A stretch of DNA of 64,000 nucleotides from a virus, in the IMG/VR virus record IMGVR_UViG_3300045391_004554, positions 1 to 64,000 of that record. The stretch is one strand, 5' to 3'. The notes beneath the pieces are model-generated. The model saw only the letters and a program-made list of their open reading frames with translations, was not told the origin of the DNA and did not search any database. This document shows, in pieces, positions 40,502-48,448 of the stretch (within the stretch, counting starts at the first letter, position 1; the number at the start of each line of letters is the position of its first letter). The position numbers and the translations under genes were made by a program.

Positions 40502-43291
40502 TTACGTTAATGTAAATGTTTTTACTACTCCTCCAACTATTGCTTTAAAATTAGTACCGTCAAACCATAGGGTGCCATTTGTAGCACCGGTATAAGCTGC
40601 TCCAGGTGTGATAATTAAGCTGCCATATGCTGACGTTGATGCGGCAAATAAAGACGGTCCTCCTAATACACTTAATGAATAGTTCTGCAGTCCTGTATAT
40701 GTTGTAATACTGCCTACCGGAACTGTGGCTCCAGAACCTACCGGCGAGCCACCAACCAAAACAACTATTCCTAATACATCTCCTGCGGTATAGTTAATAC
40801 CGCCATCGATCAATGTAGCACTTGTTACAGAGCCGCCGCTGCAAACTACCTGTAGTACGGCATTACGCCCGGTGCCCCCCGTCACATTCGATAAAAATGT
40901 TCCTGTCGGATAGCCGCTTCCGCCCACCAATGATCCAACTGTTAAGGTAGCAATCTTTGATTTTCCAAAGGTAGGATTAATTGCCAATCCAACGAGCACG
41001 TCCCCGTTAGCCGAAGGCCGTAAACCGGAGACCATATTATATCCTATCGCAGTTGTACTTACTGATTTTGAAAGTCCGTTATGTACTATCGATCCGTCTA
41101 CACCTATAGTAAAAATGTCCCTGTACTGATTTTGCAACTCCAGAATAAATCCTGTAGATGAAAGATTACTTTGTTGAATTTTCAAGGCCGAGACCGCATC
41201 GCCAACATTTCGTCCGATAACCGTTCCGCTGGCCGAAAGACTAACAAATCCGTTTGCCAACCCCGAAAGGGAATAAATACCGGCGCCACGATAGTAACCG
41301 TCAAATGTTACGAAACCTACATTTGCCCCGTTATATTTAAAAGTCGTCACATTAGCATTTGTAGTCGTTTGATTAAAAGAAGCGCCTGTAGTGTTTGTCG
41401 TGATCGAATCTGCCACTATATCGCCGTACTCCCAGGGATTATTAATTGTTCCAGGATCATCTCCAAAATTCGGACCAGCTGGTTTAAACGTACCGGCAGC
41501 AAAATACGCGGCTTTAGCCAGTATAGCAGCATCCACATAATGCTTATTTGCTGCCTGGGCATCTGCCGTTGGATCTGCAGCAAGGTTTAGCACACCGGTC
41601 ATTGTTCCGCCAGATTTCAATAAGTATCCGGATAGAGATGTGGAAGTCAAATAAGTGGCATCAGCATATGCCTTATTTATTTTGGATAAACCCGTAAAAG
41701 ATCCGCTGACATCCGATACATAGTTATCGAGTCCGGCAGTTTGAACAGCGTAGGAAGTAAATGGTCCGATACCTATCGTAGCGCCTTGAATGATCGTAGG
41801 GATGCCGGAGTCTGTCCCTTTCCAGTTTGGCAATTGGGTGTTAGGGTTAGTACCATTATTTAGGATATTCCAGTATAAACTTGGGCTTACCTGTGGCAAC
41901 GTAAAGAACTGCCTGCTTTTGCTTTTCAGAATTTCTATACTGTAATCCTGGAATGACACTGCGCCTGACAAAAGCTTATGTCGTCCCCTTACCTCGTAAG
42001 CACCGGAAGCATTCTTTGCTACATCTATATGAAGCTCATGACTCCTTCCTGACCTGCTTATATAATCATGTGATTTATAAAGGGGTAAAAGTTCATACCA
42101 GACACCTGCTGTAGCGATTTGCGAAGGCGTAAATTTATACTCTGCAAAATATCCCTGGTTTATTGTATTATTGTCAACGCCAATAGAAAACCCTACCCAG
42201 TCTTCCCCGAATATCGATTGTACTAAGCTAAATAAAGGAAAAGTTGAATTGTTGGTTGTGCTGAAACTTACCTCTAAATATAAGATTCCATCCCCAACTG
42301 GCGAGAATGTATTCGAAATATTTACCCAGTCCAGATAACTTGTGATATTATTAGCGTCAGATACAGCACTTGTAAATTGTATCGTCCTTAAGGCCCGATA
42401 CGGTGTCTCTGTCGAATTCGTTATTGGGTTATTCGTTAGAAATAATAGACTACCATCACTAACAATATTTCCCGTTACGAGATTTTGACCTGATACCCAT
42501 GGATGATACCATTGATTATTCCGGAAGTAACCAGCATCTATAATTGCCCTGTCATTTGCATCAAAATAACTGCTATAGTCATCTAAAAATAATAAGCCCT
42601 GCGTAAACTTCAGCGTGAATGAATTCATATCAATTGTCGTATTCATAGACAACTGACCACCTAAGCCATAATATGGGAAACTAGTAACACCAATTCCATT
42701 ATTGAACTGCTCTCCCGTGATAAAATCAGCAAGTTGATTAAACGCCACCGCATCCTGCCCGGTCACTCCATTCGGAACTTGCGGAGAACTGGTAAAGGTT
42801 TTTATCCCATTGATGGTTTGATCTGAATGCGTATCAACATAATCTATAGGAGGGGGCGAACCAATCGTCACAGATGTAGGCGTGATCAACGCAGTACATA
42901 TTAAAATAGTACTGCCTGGAATTGCCGGTATCACCGGAGAGCTGGACAGGTCTCCTGATAGAAGATACAATCGATTGAACGCATCCGCATAGACAACGTC
43001 ATACCGACTTAAAGTAGGATCCTGAGCATCGAGCGCAAATGTAGTTACGGTAGATGTGCTGTATTGAAGTCTTTGTATTTGCCAAACGCCAGGTTGCACT
43101 GTCAGGTTATTTGAACCATCTACAGCTACACCGAGCCCTGAAATTATTCCGTCTGGAAGAAGGAGATTGGCGAGTTCTTCAAAACAACTTGCCTCGTCAT
43201 CAAGGGAAATAGAATCAGGCAAGGATTTGGTCCTGATCTTCTGATAGGGATAGTCGATTTTATACTGCGCTATCGCGTCAGAAAGTTGCAT
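40502..43291 (-). CDS. Tail fibre protein
   Basis: DQTINGIKTF, GGTMTG.L, AANKHYVD, GG.NY..GD motifs. Confidence 0.8.
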   Translation of the reverse strand: MQLSDAIAQYKIDYPYQKIRTKSLPDSISLDDEASCFEELANLLLPDGIISGLGVAVDGSNNLTVQPGVWQIQRLQYSTSTVTTFALDAQDPTLSRYDVVYADAFNRLYLLSGDLSSSPVIPAIPGSTILICTALITPTSVTIGSPPPIDYVDTHSDQTINGIKTFTSSPQVPNGVTGQDAVAFNQLADFITGEQFNNGIGVTSFPYYGLGGQLSMNTTIDMNSFTLKFTQGLLFLDDYSSYFDANDRAIIDAGYFRNNQWYHPWVSGQNLVTGNIVSDGSLLFLTNNPITNSTETPYRALRTIQFTSAVSDANNITSYLDWVNISNTFSPVGDGILYLEVSFSTTNNSTFPLFSLVQSIFGEDWVGFSIGVDNNTINQGYFAEYKFTPSQIATAGVWYELLPLYKSHDYISRSGRSHELHIDVAKNASGAYEVRGRHKLLSGAVSFQDYSIEILKSKSRQFFTLPQVSPSLYWNILNNGTNPNTQLPNWKGTDSGIPTIIQGATIGIGPFTSYAVQTAGLDNYVSDVSGSFTGLSKINKAYADATYLTSTSLSGYLLKSGGTMTGVLNLAADPTADAQAANKHYVDAAILAKAAYFAAGTFKPAGPNFGDDPGTINNPWEYGDIVADSITTNTTGASFNQTTTNANVTTFKYNGANVGFVTFDGYYRGAGIYSLSGLANGFVSLSASGTVIGRNVGDAVSALKIQQSNLSSTGFILELQNQYRDIFTIGVDGSIVHNGLSKSVSTTAIGYNMVSGLRPSANGDVLVGLAINPTFGKSKIATLTVGSLVGGSGYPTGTFLSNVTGGTGRNAVLQVVCSGGSVTSATLIDGGINYTAGDVLGIVVLVGGSPVGSGATVPVGSITTYTGLQNYSLSVLGGPSLFAASTSAYGSLIITPGAAYTGATNGTLWFDGTNFKAIVGGVVKTFTLT

Positions 43292-43303
43292 TGGCTCTTC
43301 GGT

Positions 43304-43621
43304 TTAAACAAATTCAATATCGAACTCTTTAACGTGAATCTTGAAATGAGAACCACCGCCATCAGGACAGCAATTACCCGCTCCAAAGCATTCATTTAGA
43401 AAATCAGTTTCCCGCATGTTTAATGTGCCGTACTCGTGGCCATCAAACCCAATAAAAAAACCGTACATCATTTTGAAGCATCGGTCTACAGGATCCCAGG
43501 TTTGTTTTTTAAGTTCGCCTTTAACGCTTACCAAGGAACAATCAATAAGAAAATCACATTCCTTTTCCAGCAATTCGCCATCTTTATAAGCAGCAGGAAA
43601 TAAAATGCTTCTCCCTTCCAT
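43304..43621 (-). CDS. Hypothetical protein
   Basis: 105-aa ORF upstream of fibre genes. Confidence 0.65.
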   Translation of the reverse strand: MEGRSILFPAAYKDGELLEKECDFLIDCSLVSVKGELKKQTWDPVDRCFKMMYGFFIGFDGHEYGTLNMRETDFLNECFGAGNCCPDGGGSHFKIHVKEFDIEFV

Positions 43622-43692
43622 TGTTCCCCGATAAAGTTAATTCAAAAGCCAATATTTTTGAAAGTGTTATCCTTTTATTGCAATTGTTTGCA

Positions 43693-44388
43693 TTACAAAG
43701 TTATACCTAAAGCAGCAGCAGTTTGAGAACCTACTTCACCATCCGCTACAAGCTGGTGAGCAATCTGGAATGTTTTCACAATTGCTGAAGTAGCTGGCCC
43801 GTATTTACCATCGACTATGATATGGTAGCCTTTGTTTAATAGCGCCTGCTGGATCTTCACCACTTCATTACCACTCATTAAAGGCGACGTAACGTAAACT
43901 ATATTCGGCTGCTCATGAGATTGAGTGATCTCATTTGTGGTATACTGTACGCCCGGCACTTTAATACCGATACTCCAACGCCTGCCAAGTGCTGTACTTT
44001 GGATAAGGCCGTATTTGGTCGAATTGGCTTCCATGGTGCCTCCTTTACCGTCAGAGAATACAATGTGCCCAATCAAACCATCTCCTCCAATACGCAGTAG
44101 ATATGCGCCCGGTGTATGAATAGCTTCGTCAATACTAATTTTAATACCCAACTGCTCAGCATCCCGCGCAAAGAAACCGGTATAAGCATCTGCGCTATGT
44201 GGAGAGCCTTTGTCGTTCGCCCATCCATAAGGAATGCCGGTGACCTGGTAAAGTACATATGACGCGAATTCCGCACAGTCAAAATTTCCACGATAATTTT
44301 CATTATCTTTTGGAACCAATACGCCCAAAACATAACCTAATCCTTTATAGGTTAAGGCTTTTTCGAATAATTCTTCCCCTGTATGCAT
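43693..44388 (-). CDS. Endolysin: NlpC/P60-like catalytic domain plus peptidoglycan-binding domain (start revised)
   Basis: FDCAEF...GHI; V..IQ.AL...GY....DG.YGP.T...VK.FQ....L.ADG.VG..T. Confidence 0.85.
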   Translation of the reverse strand: MHTGEELFEKALTYKGLGYVLGVLVPKDNENYRGNFDCAEFASYVLYQVTGIPYGWANDKGSPHSADAYTGFFARDAEQLGIKISIDEAIHTPGAYLLRIGGDGLIGHIVFSDGKGGTMEANSTKYGLIQSTALGRRWSIGIKVPGVQYTTNEITQSHEQPNIVYVTSPLMSGNEVVKIQQALLNKGYHIIVDGKYGPATSAIVKTFQIAHQLVADGEVGSQTAAALGITL

Positions 44389-44423
44389 AATGTTTTTTAT
44401 TGTAAAGCTAAAGGAAATATTAT

Positions 44424-44461
44424 AAAAAAGAAATGCCCCGCAGATCAAACAGGGCATTCTT
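44424..44461 (-). terminator. Terminator after tRNA-Met
   Basis: AATGCCC/GGGCATT stem plus T run. Confidence 0.75.
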
Positions 44462-44500
44462 CAGTAAATCAAGTAAACCTAAAATAATAACAGCACGTTG

Positions 44501-44572
44501 TAGCGGGAATCGGAATCGAACCGACGTACGACAAGGTTATGAGCCTGTCAGGAAACCAACGTCCTCCCCGCG
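44501..44572 (-). tRNA. tRNA-Met(CAT), initiator-like
   Basis: CGCGGG...CCCGCTA with unpaired C1; CTCATAA loop; GGTTCGATTCC; own TATATTTG box at 44583-44590. Confidence 0.8.
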
Positions 44573-44596
44573 ATTTATTATTCAAATATAAAAACT

Positions 44597-44755
44597 TTAT
44601 TTCATTTTGTTGCCACTGATTTTCATTAAATTTTTATTAGCCCGTTTCGCTTTATTGCTGGCATTCCTTCCACTAGATGCCAACATAGCATATGCTTCAT
44701 GTAAAGGAACTCCTTCTTTCTTAGCAATTCCTTCTCCTACTGATTTAAAACTCAT
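44597..44755 (-). CDS. Small basic phage protein (52 aa)
   Basis: MSFKSVGEGIAKKEGVPLHEAYAMLASSGRNASNKAKRANKNLMKISGNKMK. Confidence 0.6.
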   Translation of the reverse strand: MSFKSVGEGIAKKEGVPLHEAYAMLASSGRNASNKAKRANKNLMKISGNKMK

Positions 44756-44808
44756 GATTGATGCATTTGATTAGCATAAAATTCTGTAAAATATTTTACA
44801 AAACCAAG

Positions 44809-44888
44809 TCTTCCCTGAGGGATTTGAACCCTCACCCCGAAGGACGGGATTTTAAGTCCCGCGCGTCTGCCAGTTTCACCAAGGGAAG
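44809..44888 (-). tRNA. tRNA-Leu(TAA)
   Basis: CTTCCCT/AGGGAAG-A; CGGGA-CTTAAAA-TCCCG; short UUCG variable arm; GGTTCAAATCC. Confidence 0.9.
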
Positions 44889-44892
44889 TAAG

Positions 44893-44966
44893 TGGGCTGT
44901 GAAGGATTCGAACCTTCAACATCCAGATTCTAAGTCTGGCGCGACTACCAATTGCACCAACAGCCC
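44893..44966 (-). tRNA. tRNA-Leu(TAG), lacking a long variable arm
   Basis: GGGCTGT/ACAGCCC-A; CCAGA-CTTAGAA-TCTGG; 5-nt variable loop. Confidence 0.88.
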
Positions 44967-44971
44967 ATTTG

Positions 44972-45047
44972 TCTTGTGGGAGGGATTTGAACCCCCGTGA
45001 TCTCGCTTCCAGGGCGAGCTAGATAAACCGGACTCCTATACCACAAG
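44972..45047 (-). tRNA. tRNA-Pro(TGG), atypical anticodon loop
   Basis: C1-G72/A73; CTCGC-CCTGGAA-GCGAG (C33, A37); GGTTCAAATCC. Confidence 0.82.
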
Positions 45048-45051
45048 AAAT

Positions 45052-45082
45052 AAAAAACCCCTTGACTTTTTAGATCAAGGGG
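45052..45082 (-). terminator. Attenuator terminator 4 nt upstream of tRNA-Pro
   Basis: CCCCTTGA/TCAAGGGG plus T6. Confidence 0.88.
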
Positions 45083-45107
45083 CGCGTTCAGTTAATAGTT
45101 AATATGA

Positions 45108-45179
45108 TTAATCCATACTTCGCCCCTTAATGCCAGGTAACGGCAAGCCCAAGAGGTTTAATAGAGATATCTGTTTCAT
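45108..45179 (-). CDS. Leu/Pro-rich attenuator leader peptide MKQISLLNLLGLPLPGIKGRSMD
   Basis: Codons CTA, TTA, CTC, TTG, TTG, CCG, TTA, CCT at positions 6-15; contains antiterminator arm TTAAGGGGCG. Confidence 0.8.
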   Translation of the reverse strand: MKQISLLNLLGLPLPGIKGRSMD

Positions 45180-45183
45180 GACG

Positions 45184-45216
45184 CAAGTATAGTAAATTAT
45201 TTTATTAAAATGCAAA
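45184..45216 (-). promoter_or_regulatory. Bacteroidota-type promoter for the leader/tRNA operon
   Basis: TTTG (45213-45216), 21-nt spacer, TATACTTG (45184-45191); ATG 4 nt downstream; upstream terminator at about 45213-45243. Confidence 0.7.
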
Positions 45217-45326
45217 AAGCCCTGTAAATAAATACAAGGCTTTACGGTCGTCGCGCCGGGTTCCCCTTACCCTTTGACTTGGTCTGCAATTAAGCTATGC
45301 TCGATAGCGGGTTTCTGGTTATCTCT

Positions 45327-45779
45327 TTATTCTTGATCGTCCGCTTCCTGGAAAGTAAGAATATACTTTACTCCAGGCTTAAGAAAATCAATTGCTCCTT
45401 TTGCGCTGATCATCATTTCTAATGATCCGCTTGGCGTCGCTTCTGAAAACTGATTATCCTCCGTGTTTCGCTTTGAAGAATAAAGAGCATTCATTTTAAC
45501 TTTTTGATGGCCACCATAGCCATAGTTAGTTACCTCATCGCACCTGAATTTGGCACGCATACTTGGTTTTTGTTCGTCAGACATTGTTTGATTTTTTGAG
45601 CCTAAACCGGCATTGCTAAAATACCTATTTATTTCTTTTTCCAATAATAAATTTTGAGCTAACTGCTCGATCTGCCATTCTCCATAAAATATCGGGGCAT
45701 CCCTCTCAATTGCTTCCTTTAACCATGTGTAATCTTCCATACACATATAATACCAAAGCGTGACAAACAAAAAAGTCAT
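45327..45779 (-). CDS. Hypothetical phage protein (true start probably internal)
   Basis: MRAKF.C...ED.QFS.ATPSGSLEM domain in the C-terminal half. Confidence 0.65.
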   Translation of the reverse strand: MTFLFVTLWYYMCMEDYTWLKEAIERDAPIFYGEWQIEQLAQNLLLEKEINRYFSNAGLGSKNQTMSDEQKPSMRAKFRCDEVTNYGYGGHQKVKMNALYSSKRNTEDNQFSEATPSGSLEMMISAKGAIDFLKPGVKYILTFQEADDQE

Positions 45780-46048
45780 GTAAATTTACATGACTTTCAA
45801 TGGCTTTATCCGTTCCAACGTGGACTTATCCTTTATGGGCCACGCAGTGATGATCACTTCCGGCTTTCATTCCCATCAGACTCTTCGAGTTTTCCCGTAT
45901 TTATTCCTCAGCCTATGGTGCGTTCCGCGCACATACTGAATATTCACCGGTGTATACGTTTCGCCCTGAGTTTCGTTATTGTGGCACATACTCCACGCGT
46001 GTCCCCGGAACCCCGCCGCGTCTTTCAATGTACTCTACCGCCGTTGGC
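45770..46048 (-). ncRNA. Candidate ~275-nt ncRNA with own promoter and terminator
   Basis: TATATTTG at 46051-46058; AAAGTCATGTAAATTTACATGACTTT hairpin plus T run; GC-richer and no long ORF. Confidence 0.5.
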
Positions 46049-46059
46049 TTCAAATATAA

Positions 46060-46290
46060 CTAAAAACTGAATATTCCAAAGTGATCCAGCGCCCACAAAA
46101 GAAATATTAAGAAGAAAAGAGCGAACACAATAGCCTGTAAACTTGGTGACCAAAATCCTACCGTGGCCAGAACAACCCTTAACACATAAAATAATACTGC
46201 CATAATCAATAAAAAAATGAGCAGTGAAATTAACAATCCGATTAATCCGTGCATGGCTTTAAGTTTTAAGTGAATAACCTTAATAACCAA
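46060..46290 (-). CDS. Two-TM membrane protein
   Basis: Hydrophobic ORF. Confidence 0.65.
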   Translation of the reverse strand: MVIKVIHLKLKAMHGLIGLLISLLIFLLIMAVLFYVLRVVLATVGFWSPSLQAIVFALFFLIFLLWALDHFGIFSF

Positions 46291-46307
46291 TTGATTAGGT
46301 TATTGTT

Positions 46308-47258
46308 TTAACGCCAATCGATGCTGTCTTCGTTACGTTGCATAGACGAATGACGGAGATCATGTTCAAGCGCTTTTTTATTCCCAGTCCACTTATAAAG
46401 TCCATTGGCTCCGACATAAATATCTTCATACGGATCAAACCCGTGATCGCAGATAATATTCCATTTCTCTTCATACCCACGTAGATTCATTTTACCATGC
46501 CAATAGTGAATACAAATCCCATCTATATACCCCACATTTTTTTTGATAAGCTTGGCCTTTTCCTGATATTTATGGAAGGCTTTAGTTAATCCTTCAGCTG
46601 GTTTTCGGGTATTATAATAGCTATCAACATCCCCCATTAGCGCATTGCAAAGGTGGCTATCCCCACTTCCCATGATGCAGAAGTCAATTAAACCGCCTAA
46701 TTTGTCCAGAGCTTCGATAGTTGCAGACCAAGCCAATCCTGGGTGACCGAGTGCTATATTTTCACCATAAGTCCCTCTTCTTTCCTCTGGTTTAGGGAAT
46801 ATTTTGTTGCAGAAGTTAAAGAAAACGCCACCACCTATTCCTCCAAGATTGACATAATCAGGCCGAAGCCCCATAGTATAAGAGAAGAGTTGAACAACCT
46901 CGTAATGCTCTAGCGCTTCTAGAGTATCCTTTACCCAATGAACATTTGTAAACCGGACATCTGCATCTATCCAAGCTACTTTCTTAGCATCTGGAACTAA
47001 ACGTAGAAGATGTTGGATACCTAGATTGATACATTTCTCTTTATGCCATAGGTCTTGATCGCTTCTGAGTTGCAAATCAAATGGGTTACTTGGATCCGTA
47101 CATTCAAATGGACGGTCTGCGAATGCGACTTCTACTGTTATTAATACAACATCTTCCTCGCACGCAAGATATTTTTTAAATTCATGATACAGTTGGATAC
47201 GGCGACGAAAATTACGCGGATTGAATATCGGCGTAACGACATAGAGTTTTTCTGACAT
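46308..47258 (-). CDS. GT-A-fold glycosyltransferase-like protein (start revised to MSEKL)
   Basis: VVTPIFNP, WHKEK.INLG, WIDAD (DxD), GSGD, HYWHG. Confidence 0.7.
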   Translation of the reverse strand: MSEKLYVVTPIFNPRNFRRRIQLYHEFKKYLACEEDVVLITVEVAFADRPFECTDPSNPFDLQLRSDQDLWHKEKCINLGIQHLLRLVPDAKKVAWIDADVRFTNVHWVKDTLEALEHYEVVQLFSYTMGLRPDYVNLGGIGGGVFFNFCNKIFPKPEERRGTYGENIALGHPGLAWSATIEALDKLGGLIDFCIMGSGDSHLCNALMGDVDSYYNTRKPAEGLTKAFHKYQEKAKLIKKNVGYIDGICIHYWHGKMNLRGYEEKWNIICDHGFDPYEDIYVGANGLYKWTGNKKALEHDLRHSSMQRNEDSIDWR

Positions 47259-47453
47259 AGTTAAATTAGAGGATAATAAAGATGGCAGTCCCAAAAACCG
47301 CCATCTTCGCATTTATTAATCATCAACCCAGAATCAATAGCTTACATAAGGCATACCGAAATGTCTAACTCTCTGCCCGGCCAAACTGGATGTTATCAGT
47401 AGGTTCTAAGCTACATGTTGCATCGTTTCATAACCGATATGTAAGTATTTTCA

Positions 47454-48179
47454 TTATACTATTACCGGCCAATCCCAGTGGCCCACTTCCGGATCAGTTG
47501 ATTCAGCCAGTTTAATTTTGTGTGGCACATTTTTGCGCAAAGTCCAGCGACCTTCTTCTTCCACGGCAGGGAATATGCGCAAATCCACTTTATGGTTACC
47601 ATACGATTTAACCACAATTGCTGCCACTGAATCTACTTCACCATCCCTTGCCTGAACATCGCCAGGATGAGGATAGAATATTACGATACGACCAATGCTT
47701 GGTTTACGAAAACCGGCAGGTAAAATATTGTCGTTTGCTTCAGCTAATTTAGCGGCGCGTTTATTTTCTTCTTTTTTGGCAACAGCAGCCTGCTCCTTTG
47801 CAGCTTTGTCTTTAGCAGCCTGCTCGTCGTCCAATTTCTTTTGTGCGGCAGCGGCTTCGTCTTCCTCTTTCTTTTTAGCTTCCGCTTCGGCAGCGGCCTT
47901 AGCATCTGCTTCAGCTTTTTCGTCGGCAGCTTTCTTGGCCTCGTCAGCTTTTAACTGAGCTTCGGCATTGGCTTTGGCCTGGGCTTCTTGCTCTGCTTTT
48001 GCTTGATTGGCCGCTTTTTCTTCATCGGCTTTTTTCTTAGCCTCGGCATCATCCTGCGCCTTCTTTTCGTCGGCAGCTTTTTTATCAGCGGCTTTCTGCT
48101 CAGCAGCAGCCTTTTTTTCTGCAGCATCCTGGGCTTTTTTTGCCTCGGCATCCGCTTTTGCTTGTTCCTCTGGTGTCAT
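47454..48179 (-). CDS. Ala/Lys/Glu-rich helical protein with C-terminal KPSIGRIV domain
   Basis: Low-complexity AKK/ADE repeats followed by a small globular phage domain. Confidence 0.8.
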   Translation of the reverse strand: MTPEEQAKADAEAKKAQDAAEKKAAAEQKAADKKAADEKKAQDDAEAKKKADEEKAANQAKAEQEAQAKANAEAQLKADEAKKAADEKAEADAKAAAEAEAKKKEEDEAAAAQKKLDDEQAAKDKAAKEQAAVAKKEENKRAAKLAEANDNILPAGFRKPSIGRIVIFYPHPGDVQARDGEVDSVAAIVVKSYGNHKVDLRIFPAVEEEGRWTLRKNVPHKIKLAESTDPEVGHWDWPVIV

Positions 48180-48244
48180 GATTTTCAGTGATTAATATTG
48201 ATTCAAATTTAAATTATTTTTACACATATAAAATATTTTATAAA

Positions 48245-48448
48245 TTATTTTTCAAGCATTGGCAAACCTAACATCGGGTTACCTTCTATTGGGATTTGGT
48301 TGCTCTCAAAATGCTTAACATCTCCCTTATCATTGAGGCGGACAATCCATATAGAGTTGAGCATCAGCCCATAATCTATAATGAAAAATGCCCATCCTCG
48401 TCCAAGCGGAGTAATAACTTCTATCTGCGGATTCAACTGCGATATCAT
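48245..48448 (-). CDS. Hypothetical phage protein
   Basis: TPLG.G.A.FIIDYG motif; ATGA-coupled. Confidence 0.7.
   Translation of the reverse strand: MISQLNPQIEVITPLGRGWAFFIIDYGLMLNSIWIVRLNDKGDVKHFESNQIPIEGNPMLGLPMLEK

Noticed and set aside
44758-45000. 80-aa plus-strand ORF
   Set aside because: Antisense to tRNA genes
44460-45050. Theta/HDV-like ribozymes at tRNA 3' ends
   Set aside because: Spacers are 4-5 nt or AT-rich with no nested double pseudoknot visible
47330-47432. Possible hammerhead on the minus strand (GAAAC...GUA...CUGAUAA)
   Set aside because: Core is CUGAUAA rather than CUGANGA, and stems I/II do not form flush; only a TAGCTTA/TAAGCTA stem is convincing
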